Shown here: positions 39,901 through 53,621 of the stretch, piece after piece
Layout of the letters: each line of letters starts with the position of its first letter
Numbering within the stretch: position 1 is the first letter of the stretch
Made by a program: the position numbers and the translations under genes
The notes under the pieces: model-generated
Database searches by the model: none
The model's input: only the letters and a program-made list of their open reading frames with translations
What the model was told of the DNA's origin: nothing
Source: Pocillopora damicornis
Lineage: Eukaryota
NCBI RefSeq assembly: GCF_003704095.1
Contig: NW_020847572.1
Coordinates: forward strand, 372,001-436,000
Direction: 5' to 3'
DNA length: 64,000 nucleotides

Positions 39901-42900
39901 TCGTGAATGCTTCGCTTTTCAGGAAAGTTTCACAGGGAAGGGTTTGGAATGACGAATGCAATTTTTGCTTCCTCTGCTGGGTGTGTCTAAAGGTATGAAG
40001 CATGAAAGAGCTCGAGCAGACATATTTTCCAATATTTCAGCGAAGGAGAAAAGTTTAGCCATCAATTAAAGGAGAAACACTTGTTTATCAGTTACTTTGT
40101 TGCAAGTGAGATCAAGCATACATAAGCGGTCTTCATTTTAGAGTCACTGTGTGTACCTAGGTCAAGGACTTTACGGCTGCCTTTTGCACGCAATATGTTA
40201 TGAGCATGTATTCGAAGCCGCTATGTTTTGATCATTAGAATTTTACAAAGAAATGAACGTGAAAACTTCAAAGGGATCTATCTATGTGAATATTCTTTAA
40301 GTGGGACACATTAAAGTAGAACATTACGATGCGTTTTGTCTCAAAAGTGAAATGCAACAGAATACTGAATCTTTTATACAAGTATTACTTGGTTCGAGAC
40401 TTTCTGGTTAAAGAGTGGGAATCAGCGTTGTTCATTCAATGGTCTGATGTATTTGAATTGCTCGTGATTAGGAATTTAGATTTATGTCTGTTCTGTAATC
40501 ATGTACAAAATCGATGGTTAAGTACGAGCAACAAGAGGGTAAGGTCCAAAATTCTAAACTGAATTTTGCACGAAGCTTCCTTCATTCCCCTTTTGTACTG
40601 ATTGTATCTTAATTCATGGCAGCCACGTTATTCATGGCAGCCACACGTCGAGTGACCTACGTATCTTGCTTTTAATCAATTGGCTTAATTTTGTGCTAAA
40701 TTGACGAGGAGATGTCTCGCCGGTTTCTTGCGCTGAAAGCAAGTTACATTTTGCCAATCCTGATTTCATGAAGCTCAATTCTATTGAACGTGAACATCAT
40801 TCAGCGAAAGTTGGTGATGTTAATGGTGTTTTGCTCCTCATCTGAAATGGGGAAAAGATCATCTTGATTGAATTAATTTACAGATATAATACAAATCCTT
40901 AAAACGGAGGAATATGGGAATGGCGGTGTGTTATATTCTTCACTTACGACAGATTGTTTGAAACAATGCTACCAAAACGCAACAATTACTGAACACAGAT
41001 GAATTAAATGGATTTTAATTCGAAATTCTATAAATATAGTGCGGTTTTTTATGCTATGAATAGAGTCGGTCAAATTGACATAATATTGTATTTTGTTCCG
41101 ATTCATAGAAACATAAGTTTGGAATTTTCATATACTGCCTTTTTCATCATTTAGGAGGCACAATTGATAAAAGCTTTGCGGTTTTATCAGAAACCAAAAA
41201 AACCACTGAATTAGACTTAACCACTTCATTTTAAAAATACTCTGATCACTAGACTGACTATGTCAAAGGTTGTCGCCTCTTGCTTTAGTCTCCCATTCCA
41301 AGTTCATGCTATGATATCTAAAACTGCGGTAGGAAATAATCCTTACATTGCGTATAGCACAATTTTAACAACTTTTACATGAAAAAATTTAGATAATAGC
41401 CGTGCAGTAAATGGAATATGTATTACATTAACTTTTCGTTCTCTGTTTCAGCTTTTTAAGTGTCGATGCTAGCTGACAGCAGTTACCTAATGTGGATATT
41501 GACTTCTTTTTGTTATGGCCAACCATCTTTAACCATACACTATAATTAGTAGTAAATTGTCTTCACCGCATTTCAGAGAGCTAAAGTTAAAGCGCCTTAG
41601 TTTAATAGGATATGGTCGATGTGGTCTTGAGAAGACCCTCTTTCGTAATGGCTTCATTCAGTGTTCTGTGCAGTCGATTTGCGGGAACTGTTTCAATTTA
41701 CTGTAACTAAATCAAACAGAGAGACAAGGGATTGAAAGCTGTTGGAAAACATTATATATGTAATTCTACAATAAGAATAACTTTGTAAGTCGATACAAGA
41801 CTTATAAAGAGGAACAGATTTAATGAACCATTTTCCTTATTAAATTGCGTAGAAAGTATTGTAAATGGTTTGAGGAAAGTTTCTTTTCCTACGCTATTTA
41901 ATAAACCTTTAAAATTGATGCCTGTCTACTAGATAGTTACTCTGCTGAAGAAAAAAGCAGCTTAGCTTCGTTTAAAAGACAAATCTTCCGCCCTTGAGTG
42001 GCAAAGTAAGTTCCTTTCAACTCCCAATGACTGCGTTGATGAGTTTGACATTGGTTTTTGACTTTCACAGAACTGAAGCACAGACGTAAAGGCGTTCTGT
42101 TCCGTCCATTTTACAACGCTAACTTAGTTGAATTCCTCAACTCAAAATGTACAGTTCCTCGCACAATTACGGGACATAAAAACGTGGGGCATCATGAATG
42201 ATGCAATCCAAAAAAATGAATTAGGGTTAACTGCTAGAAATCGCCTCGCTTATTCGGATAAACGACTTTCGTGCGTAATACAGTGTTATCAGGAGCTTTC
42301 GATATGCGTTTGGTGAGCAAAAGGAAGCGATTAATGTTAGTGGCCTATTTCGGCAATTTGCTGTTTTAGTAATATTGGCGTGTTTGAGGTCTGCCTATCG
42401 ATTCGAATCAGCGTTCTGTAAGTCTGCAAAAAAAGGTTTTAATAGCTTTTATAGAGGCGGGAAAACTCATTTTTCCTTTGATTACAGTCAAGGCGGGAAA
42501 CTGCTTAAAACAGTATGATATTTTTCTAACAAAATCGTGATAATTTGAATTAGGTATTTCACAACAAAATATCGAAGGAATGATTTGTTAAGGCTAGAGA
42601 AAGATTAAAATCATACCATCCATTTAATGAATATTATCTAAAATTCGTTCTATTCTTTTACGACGGAGATAAGCTCGTGTTTATCACAAAAATTGATCAT
42701 TTTAAGAACACGCTCGCCTAAATTCCTTTGAATTAGCTTTAAATATGACTTAATGGCTAAAGTGGCTCTGCATTTGGTCAAACCATTTACGAAATTTTTT
42801 TTGATTGATTTTCTAAATTAGTTTGAGGAACTTGAAAAGCCATTTAAAGTTGAGTATCAAATGAAACTTAGGAGTGAAACATACACTTTCCTTGCTTCTG

Positions 42901-45623
42901 TTAGACAAAAAAAGCTTCTTAATTAGGTTTTTAGACAATAATTATCCTAACTGGCTTTTAATTCTACCCTTCCTTTGAAGCACCATTAATACTGAATATA
43001 CTCGATAGTGTTTTCCGCCCATGAAGTAATTCCTTAGTCAAACAAGGCTGGGTATGTATGCGAACAAAAGTGAGTGAGATAATTTTTTGTTACCCTTAAT
43101 CGTTGTATTCTTAAAAATAAACTCATATTGAACTTAGCGTGTATTAAAATCGTAAAATCTCGCTATCCAAAGTTTTCGTTGAAAGAAAAGACGCTTCGAA
43201 TAATAAGCTATAGGTTTTATTCGAAGCATATAAACTTGTCTAATGGGGGCACATAATGAATTCTAAGAAAGAAGAGTAGTTGGGTACTTTTAAAGAAGAC
43301 ACACGCCAAACTTCTGTGTATTCTAGCTTTGTTTGATGCTAGTTTATTTCGGCTCGGTATAGGAAACAGATGGCGTTTAATTGGCGAAAAAATACAATGC
43401 GTCAAAACACCGGAAAATCGATCAAAAAAGCGAGAATACTCACGCGTCAAATCTTTTAATGCACAATGAAGACCTAAAACTTCCCGGCTGAAAACAATCT
43501 ACAAACACGAATTAGATACAAGTTAATCTGTGGACAATCTGCATTTGTGTCCTTTATTACGAGAAAACACGCTCTAGTGTTAAGTTACAGACTCTGAGAG
43601 AGCCTAATGGCTTAAACGTACATCTTGATTAGCGTTATTTTCAATCAGGATTACAAGCAGTGAATGAAAAGTGTGACAAGGGTTATCTATACGGCTCGCA
43701 AAATGGCAAGGCCACACACGCAACCAACTTTGTCGCGTCGCTGTAAAAATAATTCTTTAAGTATAATTTTCATAGCCAGACCCTTTCCGAATGAAACCTT
43801 TTTGGGAGTACTTCTTCTTAGTTTCGCAAACGTGCAAAGAGAACAAACAGAGGACATCGCCGAATCGTTTACAATAGAAGTGATATGTTTAATAGTCTTT
43901 TAGGTCCATTGTTGTGAATACAGGGTGGGCAAAGCAGCGAATTGATAACTAATTCAGTACTGATTACAATAGAATCGAAACCCTCCTCAATTAGGGAAAA
44001 AGCGACCTCGTCGAACATAAAGGAACTCAATGGGTTTTCGCAATCGAACTCTAAAACAGGCTTTGTCTCTTTTACAAACAGTACAGCCCATGGTAATTAT
44101 TTTATCACATCGGATTTCACACCTTTGTATTGAAAAAGAAAGCTTCTTCAATTAATTTCATACGTGCAGTCGTAGCGTATGAAAACAATTCACTTGGTGT
44201 TTTTTTAAAAGCATCGCGTAAAAAGCGTGTAGATCGTGGAGAACGGGAACATTTCACTCAAGGCGAGGAAAGGCATCAGATAGCATTTATAGATTGAATC
44301 CACTTTATCGCAAAGGCGAGAGCTCCTTGTCGCCATAATATAAACAAATAATTTTCTATCCTCTGACACAGTACCAATTAGGAATCGTTAATGGTCGGGA
44401 AAATCGCTATGTTCACCGACATCGCTGCAGATCTGAAAAAAAGTTTTGGGTCAAAAGATTGGGGAAAATGGCTTTATAGCACTCTCTTGTTATCAGTAGG
44501 CAAAGGAATAGCGTTGGTCTTCTCGTACAGAGAGGAAGAAATTGTTCAGAAACACACATCCTGTCGATAGAGCAATTAAAGTACCAATAATAGGAATGAG
44601 AGCGCAATTCGCTAAAAGACTGTGTCAATCTTATCATAGGAAATGTCAAATATCAAAGCTAGCAATTATACCATGTCATGAAACTCTTAAAATTGCTTTC
44701 TAAGTATCCGAAGAATCCGCTTCGCGTACCAAGAACATACCCTCAGCTGTTAAAATAAACGCACAATTAATTTTTTGCGGCAAAATTCCGCCCTTTGTAC
44801 GGTTGTTATTTAATCTCCAGCTAAGTTATTGAGTAAAAGAACAAGCCTTCATTAAACACACGACATTGTCGTTTCAGTGAGTTTATTCTTAGTAAAACTG
44901 ACTAATTGCAAATCAAATCTATTACATGCTATTCAATTCATTGTTTACCTCTTTTTACACTCTATTTCTTCTATTGAAAAAGCTACCGGATTCAAAAGAA
45001 ACTACTAAAAAAAACCTCCGAATTTGCGAGAACTTTCTTTTTATATACAAAACGTGTTTTGCGTATGGCAATTTCCTATCGCTCGTGGATTACTTGGCAA
45101 AAGCTCGGCAGATGATTCTTCTTTAACGTGTTATTTGCTATCATTCAGGGAACTAGTTTAAAATACTTTTGTTACTGATTACATTTACCAAACCGACTTT
45201 AGAATCAACTCTTTGCCTCACTACTGCTTTACATATAATTTCTTCTCTAACTCAAATCAAATATTTTTGTAACGAAAGGAGGAACAGTCCAATAGGTAGA
45301 GAGCGTTGACCAAATAAACGCGAACCAAATTTTGCATGGTGATTGTCTTTTACTCTGCCATTACGTAAACTCACACTCAACGTCCAGCGCGAGTCACCTT
45401 GAATCCTCAACGGTTCAGTTGCTTACGGTACAAAGTGTTTGATCTTAGAACGCTGTAAAACCAGCGTTTTCAACCTTCTTTTAAGTTTCTGTTCCAAAAC
45501 ATTTAGTTTAGCTAATTGTTCGAAAGAAATCGAACTTTGCGTCAGACATCTTTTAAGACGGGGACTGTCTATCCTGAATTGAATGTGTTAATGTGTGTAC
45601 GAGTCCCAAATAGCACCCAAAAC

Positions 45624-46879
45624 TTACGAAGAAGTCTTCTCTATGGCCTTTGTTTCTTCAGCTTCTAATCTTTCCGATTTCTCGCCCTGTGATTCCTGCT
45701 TAAAGCGCCTCCATTTTGCTCTGCGGTTTTGGAACCATGTTTTTACTTGACGCTCTGTTAACCCTAGGACCTTAGACAACTGTTTGCGCTCAGGTGGCGA
45801 GAGGTACTTTTGATTCTCGAAAATCTTCTCCAGTTCCATGGTTTGCTCGTTGGAGAAACGAACCTGGCCACCCTTCTTTTTCTGCGGCTTCGGTAGAAAC
45901 AGATTCCAGGCACCTTAAAGTGAACAACGGACGGAAATGATTAGAGATGCAAGAAAGTAAGTAAATTTTTGCGGGTTAACTTGAGGTCGCTGTTGGGTGC
46001 GAATGAATGCTGCTAGTAATTTCCGTTAAGATTTACTCCCAAATTTTCACTTCTCTAAGCTCCTGGTGTAATCAAAAGACGAGGAATTTTAGATGCGATA
46101 AATTCTCAGTTTGGGGCAAATACAAGTTGCCTTCAGGAAGTACAGATAATATGGAATTCATACAAATCGATGCGGCTGTCATCTGTGCACGAGTTTTCAG
46201 TACTGAATAGATGGCAACAAATTGAAACGTCTTTCAGCGTAAACTGCGAAATGGTAGAGTACGGTTTAGACCAAGTGAAAAGCGAAAAGAATCAGTTAAT
46301 AACCTAATGCTCTTATCACTTACTTCGCGGCCAAAAGAAAGAACTGTGGTTATCGAAACCCCAGCCGGGACGCCAGCTAAAACGCTAATCTTGTCAATGT
46401 TTCCCCTGCTAAGAGCAAACGCGCCAGAGAAATCAACTTTATCGACAGTGCTATGAATGCAATCTTGTCAATCGGCAATTTTGATATCTTGGTAAACGAA
46501 ATAGATCACTCCACGCATACGACCTAGCCGCAGAGGTTTACCTTTTTAGATACCGCGGGACAATTCGGCAATCAACACTGTACTTACTGTGATCGTTGTA
46601 CGCTTCGTAGACACTGGGTATTGTCGGCGCGTGGAAACCGAAACTCCTCGGGGAATGGTAAGGCGTGAATGGACTGCTCAAGTTGGTGTAAGTTCGCGGC
46701 GGAGCCAGATGAAACGCTGGGGTGAGACAGGGTGGTTTTGGTACCTCGCACATTGTTGAAGTGCAGATAGACGCTTGAGGTCGCTGCGATCCCGTGCTCA
46801 GAATGTCATCAATGTAGAACGACGATGAATTGTACGGAGGAAAAACATTGAGACTTCTATTCCACTCGCAGTGTTGCAT
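45624..46879 (-). CDS. HHEX: Hematopoietically-expressed homeobox protein Hhex (NKL subclass), 193 aa, two coding exons
   Basis: Exon 1 is 46588-46879 (ATG in aaaATGC; eh1 motif [10 protein letters not shown]; donor gtaagt, phase 1). Exon 2 is 45624-45913 (acceptor tttaag): [77 protein letters not shown] and KYLSPPER are diagnostic for Hhex. Confidence 0.96.
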
Positions 46880-46979
46880 TTTCAACGACTCCTTCGCTGT
46901 TTATAGACAGACGGTTTGCGTTATCGACCTTCTCGCTACAGATTGTGAATACTATCTATCCCTGCTGGCCTCTGTGCAC

Positions 46980-47085
46980 CGCTATATATCTCGTCTCCAG
47001 TGCGCGTACGAACTGAAAGGACTGTGTTATGTTGAAATTAGCAACTAATGACCGCAATTTAGATGCACCCTCGTGATTGGCTGTT
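46980..47085 (-). promoter_or_regulatory. Putative Hhex core promoter (TATA-like and CCAAT)
   Basis: Minus-strand gATATATAg at ~46983-46989, about 105 bp upstream of the ATG. CCAATC at ~47075-47080, about 90 bp further upstream. Confidence 0.4.
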
Positions 47086-50000
47086 TGACTTATTAATAGA
47101 TGTTCCGTTTGATAAGCGGTTGAGTGACAAAGCCAAGAAGTTGACCCACTTTGGTTCGCCTGTCACAGGAGACGACAGAATTCGCTTCCGTACTGTATCA
47201 CTTGATAACAAAAAACATATACTTCGAGTTTACATAGTACTTTCCCTTTTTTAATGGGCCACGAAACGCGGTGATTCTCACACCAGCCGAGGCGCTTCAC
47301 TAAGAGGATTCACACCGGAAGATTCGTTGGTCGACGCAGAGAAGTCCTCGTTGGCTATTAGATTGGTTCGTTTACGAGGTTTACAAGAGTGCGTTTGATA
47401 ATGGATTGAACAGCTCCCTTGGGCGCCCAGTAGACTTGGGCTGACAATAGAGGGTGTTATCAATTAGTGATAATTAATTAGGAGACATTTTACAACATTC
47501 CTCGCTTTTATTTTTGTAATCAACATTCACAAAATTGCTTTGTTCGACCAGTGAGAAGACAGGTGCCGAGCATCGAATTCGAATTCAAAACCCAAACAAG
47601 AAATTATACCATGGGTTGGGTTTTAGTGAGGTAGAGTCGTACAGGAAATTTAAGCCGATCGAATTTTCTGAATGTGATTGCAGCAAATCTTAACCGCACT
47701 GCGAAATAGGAATACGCTTATAATCCACTCTGATATCTCTATGTTGGCGAGCTTGATATGCTAACTTAGTGAATCTGATCGACAACATGATACCCTCAAT
47801 CCATTAATAATTTGCTGAACGTTTCTGATCAGCTGAGGTTAGTCTCTTGAAAGGCTCTGAATTGTCGGTTAAGTGATGATAGCAAAGAAACGAAGCGATG
47901 TGAAACTCGAAAATAACCTTGAATGCAACGATCAAACTTCCCAAAAAATTCGCGTCAAAAAGTTTGTTAAAAAATCTCGATCGAAAGTCAACAAATACAA
48001 TGCAAGTTCTGCTCAGCCTAAATGAACCATTGAAAAGGAATCGCACATTAGTGCTAAAAGTTACACCCTTTCAAAAGTCATTTATATCTTTCAATGCCAC
48101 CGCGAAACACGCTTGAAATCACAGTTGAAACACAATAAGCCTATTAAGAGAACCTTAAAACCCAGGTGTCCCAAAGCTATTATCTTCGCCACAGAGATCA
48201 GTAGCGTTTACGTGCTTACTGAGAGAGAAAAGATGCTATGGAAAAACTTTATCTATTTTCTTCGTTTCTTAACTTTATTACACAAGACTCGCGCTCAAAT
48301 ATGTTAAGTACCTGATGGCAAAAATTGGTGGCGATTGAAAATTTGATATGCAAAACTTATCTTAAAAAAAGCTGGACTTATAAAGAGCAATTAATTTGCC
48401 CAACATTGGCATTTTGAGGCATCGAGAAATGAGGCTACAGAAAGAATCAGGTATTCTCTGGCGTGTGTCGAGATCGTGGCCTGTGGTATAATTTGAGGTA
48501 ACACAAGAAGCTGAAGGCGTGTGATCAAGACGAGCGAAGCTATTTTTTCTCTTAGCTGTCTCCTTAACACGAGGTTAGATGAAATCCCTGATAACTTAGC
48601 CCATTAAACATGGCAATTTCACAGCTCTCTCGAGAGTGAGTGTCTTATTTCAAAAATAAAGTAAACAGCCAATCTGGGCCTTTTATTAGAGGGTGTTTCA
48701 CGCCACCTGCTAGCGTTGACGTCATTAAACGACGCCCAGAAAATTAAATCTCTACATGACAACCTCCATCGAAGCAAGCAAGGGTTCTGTTCGGGATTAT
48801 GTGTAAGCGTGTTAATGTTGGTATTTTCTTGCTGTGATCATATCCTCTTGGGATCTGATCATCTGTACATTGTAAATATGCCTTTGTTAATGCTAAGAAC
48901 CCAAGTTTTCGCTGATAAAGAACGCAAATTGCAAAGTAGTTCATGAGATGCGTGCATTCATTTAGCTTAATGTTACGTGTTTCTCTCAAAGTGGAGTTCG
49001 TTTGCTGTAATAACCAATTTTCTTGCTAGTATTGGCATGTCAGTTCAATAGACCTTAGGGATATTTTTATATCATGCCTTGTGTCAGGAACGCATTACTT
49101 GTGCCCCTGCTTGTGTACAATTTCTTAATATAATTTGAATTGTTTCCCGGAGGGCGGGTGGTGATGCTATTCAAAGAATGAGAATAAGTCAACTTTACTA
49201 ATTCAAAAAGCTGAGGCACTTCGCGCAAGAATGCTTTAGTACGTTCCTCTATCGCAATATGTTCAATATATTATATTTTAAAAACTGAACGACATGCCTA
49301 CCCGAATAACTCAAAAAACTGAATTACTTTTGGAGATATGGCCTTCATTGAATTGTAGCTGTTGCAGAAAAAACTAGGAGTGGATGTAATAATGATGTGA
49401 TGTTATTTCCTGCGAGGAATTAACAGCAAGACAGACAGCTGTGTGGTATAATTATCATTTGATCTAAATCGCAAACTTTACACTAAGCAGAGAGCACGGT
49501 GTATAGGTTACAAATTGTGAAATCTGCTCCTGAGATTCCTTATTGAATGAATTGGATTACGCTGTTCAAATTGTAAGGAAGGAATGGGGAGTCAAAAGAC
49601 AACTTTGCAATCGAAATCTTTGCGGCATTCGTGTGCAGCCATCACCTTACCGCACGAATATTATTAAATCTAATAGAAAAAAGATGTACGAAGTCCCTGA
49701 ATTTGTCAACCTTCAGCATATAATTACAATATTAGGTTTTTCGTAGGGGATCACTTGTCATCGAAATGAAGGAGTGAAACAGAAGTTGAACTCTTCACAA
49801 CAGAGATTAGACAGAGCTAGTCAAGAGTTATCTCTTGATCCGGAGGCCAACTGCACAGGGTTGCAGCGATTTTAAGTTTAGGGAAAATCTGTGCCTTGAG
49901 TCAAAGTTCAGTCAACATATGGCTGATGAAGAGCATACCTAAATTGCAGTCAAAAACATTTCATCGCTGAAACGTTCACCGACAGATGGGAGTACTCGCT

Positions 50001-53000
50001 GTAAACTTCACCAGTTGAGGATGATCTATCCCAAATTGCAGATTTTCATCAGACTTCCCCTTGAAACCTCCAACAACGAGAAGAAATACCACTCTGTCGA
50101 TAGTTGTGTCTGTTATCGTATTGCGTTTCTGATAAGATACTCGTTTGGCTGTTTATCTACAGTCAACGCTGCTTGTAGAATAAAATTTCAATTTTCTCTG
50201 CTAGCAATATAGCCGAGGTCAAGTGCTATCCACACTTTTATCATCGGCAGCCTTTGGCGGATGTTATTAACCAGCTTGGGCAATTCTTGCCAAATTTTTT
50301 GGTCGGAGTTTAAAGAATACACGTTAAGATAAACGCACGGAAATAGTGTGTCAGTAGTCGATCTTCACCCATTCAATGGTACCTTCTAGAAAACCACTGT
50401 ATCTTCATAAATTAACTCCCTTAAGCTGCCTTCTTCCTTTAGTTAAGCTTCTATACCTTCACTAAGGATGGTTCAAAACGGCTTAGAACGCATCAATATT
50501 CTTATAATCCCTAATTCGCTAACGCTTCTTTCCCGTTATTTCTCAGGGATTATCCTGATTAACAATAATTCTGAAAATATTTTCGCTAAGTGCATGCAAG
50601 CCACTCCTTTAACTACCTACCAATTTGGCTTTGACCTAAACCCCAAAGATTGCTTTTCTTAAATAGTTTAAGGTGGCAATTTTGATTTCCAATGATTTCA
50701 TATCATCTGAACGGTCAATCACTTGAAAAGGAATTGATTTCTGAAAGAAGGAAAGTCAAATCTTGTAAACTCAAGGAATTTTAATCCAGGTTACCTAAGA
50801 TTTTGAATTTGTAGACTCGAGAATTGAACAAAACACAGTTTGGACAAAAAATTACGATCATTTATCATACCGTGAACAAATTTTGTTGTCAAGAAGTTCT
50901 GCGTTCTAAGAGGAAGGTGTTTTTGTTCAAAGGGAGATCAACTGGGCTGCCGCACTCATCGAATTGTTACAGCGTATTTCAACTGTACTGTTTGGTGGAA
51001 TGCAATTCTAGTTAATTGTCGAAAGCTTTCGTCATATCAGTGAATGGACTATTGCAGTTACACTAACACTGTATCGATGTGATGGACTTTTAATGGCGAT
51101 GGACCCAGTGATAAAAAAGACATTCTAAAAATGTTGAAACATTGTTTACTGCAATTCACTTTTTGTGATAAAAAGTGCGTCAAAATCACATATTTGCAGC
51201 AAAGATTTTCAACGAGATAGTAAGAAATTTAGAGAAACAACCTTAATGTTCTACGTTTTGAACGAAAACTCGTCTTGAAGGAGGGGAAAACTGTCGAAGG
51301 CTTGCCTTTTGTTGAGGAGGGCACCTTTTGACCAAAGATTTTCGGTTCACGATTGTGCTGAAACCTCAACAAGAGAACAGTTTCCTGTGCAAGTCAAGTA
51401 GATCTGGAGTTTATCAGCCCCGGGGTTGATCAATAACACAGAAATTGAGCTTGTTGTTAAGACACCACTCCACCTATAATTGCTCATTCAAAACTCATTT
51501 AGATGCGGAGGTAACACTAGTCGTGAAAAGAAGCTGGTGAAGTTGTTCAAAATAGGCTAAGCCATCCTCGTAGCTGGCAAACACACACACACACACAAGA
51601 TCCATAACATTAAGGAGCAGGAGTTTGTCACGCTTCCGGCCTTGACAAAGGCTGAAAGATATCCTCCTATCTGTTTGTCTGGTTACAATATACTGATAAG
51701 CAAAACTGAGCTACAAGCACGTTATCGCCTTGTAGAGACGCGTGGATTCCACAGGAAGCTAGTCTTGTTAAGGTGCACCAATGCAGGAATATTGAAACCA
51801 GATTCCACTAAATAATACAGCTAACACAATCGTTTCCGTTGGAAAGTCCTCTTTATCGGCTAAATTTGCTTTTCCTCCATGTGTTTATCCTGATTTGAAC
51901 TGATCGGGATTACCATCACCAAATCCTCTTTGGCCAGCTGCTTGTGATTGTGTTCCTGTGTCAAAATTCAAAATAAAAAAAATCAATAGATGGAAAAATG
52001 CTGACAACAGTTCAAAGGTGACATCCCTTAAAAGCCAAGCAACAGTTTTAGATCTCAGCCATTAATCACGGCTAAATAACCGCAGCTAATCCGCGGTACC
52101 TCAGCGCACCACAAAAATCATTGCTTCACAAAAAGAGACAGGTGGAGCTGAACAGCCCACCGGTCCTGATAAATGTATTGGGACCTCCTTTTAGAAAACC
52201 TCTCTTTATTTATAGGTAGACACAAACTTTGTTTTCGTCTGATAACATCCTCCTTTAACTTTTGTATCTGTTTTGGCCGGCTCTCGCGAACATCCGAGTC
52301 GCAGTCGGAGTGTGAATCAGGTAAAAATCAAACAAATGGAATCCGTGATTGTGGCTTTGAGTGTTCCTGAACAAGAATTTGGCGAACAGTGACAAAAACA
52401 TTTATTGAATCTGATATTGTGGAGCTCTTTGAAAACTAAAGATATCCCCTGTAAATTATCATTAACTATTTTTTAAGTAAATACGAAAATATTTAACATT
52501 ATAATTCTGGAGAAATGATTAGCACCTACCTCTTTTTGATCAAAAAGAAAAGGGTATTTACCCTTGATCTCAAGTAGTGGAACTGGTTGTTTAGTCAGGT
52601 ATAATACGTGAGGTCCATCTTTCAAGTCAACAAGGGATACCTCTTTTCTCTGCTTCTGATTGCATCCAGCTGACGTTTCTCATGGGATGTATTATCCTCT
52701 CCCTCAATGTGTTGGAGCCCTCAATATCCCCTTTCGCAGTCCTTTGGCTGGTTCCGCTTTTTTGAGGCTCCTATCTGAATTATTGCGTTTGCGAGACATC
52801 ACCACTGGATCAGGGACATCACCTCGGCATTCTTGCTCTTCTCAGTTAATATTCTATTTCAACTTTCCTGTTTTTGAAGGAGAATGATTACACCAATGGA
52901 TTTATTTTTATTCCCTTTTTAAAATATTGAATTAATTAATTTTAACCCTAACCCTAAGCTTATGGTCTAACTCCAAATCAACTTTTCTCTCAAACTTTTA

Positions 53001-53321
53001 TTTCTTGTCTCTTTCTCGAACGAATCGGTTTAAAGTCAAAAGCTTGTGACCGAGACCGAGAGACCGAGCAATGGCTGGGGTGCACGGTTATTCTCCGGAA
53101 AGCCAACTCAGACTTATCACCAGTCCCTGATCCCTACACTGTGCCATGGGATGAGTTAAAGAATACTTCAAGGACTGTTTTACCCCTAAATACGGATCCC
53201 AAATGAAGTTTTAGAGTTCAGACAGAGAGAGATCCAGCCTAACACAGTTGTTATTAATGAGCTAAACAAAATGTGTCAAATTGATCCACTACATGCCAAG
53301 TTTAAGGGGGGCCAAAGTAAA

Positions 53322-53621
53322 CATATGAAAGTCACGCTTAACAAAAGGCTCTATCGGATATTGCGTAACACCCGCTGTGACCCGACTGACTAAAGAATCT
53401 GCGAATTTTAGAGGATTTCGCTCTCTCTCTCTTTCGTTTAAAGAACGTTATCGTTCTGTTACCTCCAGATTATAAAAGTAAAATCTTTAGGCTTTACGTA
53501 GAGGTGAAAATTATACCGGTAAACAATAATCTTGTACTGGCAAATAAATATTTCGTGTTGCTGACTTGCGATATTTTACGAAGCTTTGACTTCATTTTTC
53601 GAGATTGGGGAAAGACTCTGG
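53322..53621 (+). mobile_element. Second, truncated copy of the left end of the RAG1-like transposon
   Basis: Direct repeat of 55137-55433, roughly 90% identical by eye. Homology starts at catatgaaagtcac and runs into the N gap at 53622. Confidence 0.85.

Noticed and set aside
46538-46587. Extension of Hhex exon 1 to an alternative donor at 46541 (aag|gtaaac)
   Set aside because: It gives phase 2, which is incompatible with the phase-1 acceptor at 45913. The gtaagt donor at 46587 fits.
51250-52870. Exon-like GC-richer blocks on the minus strand with splice-like signals (e.g. gacacag|gaacac ~51956, aaagag|gtatcc ~52641)
   Set aside because: Frames I tried contain stops and no recognisable domain. 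It may be a decayed gene, transposon or lncRNA, but I cannot support a call.
52943-52957. taaccctaaccctaa telomere-like repeat
   Set aside because: Only about 2.5 units; not evidence of an interstitial telomere.
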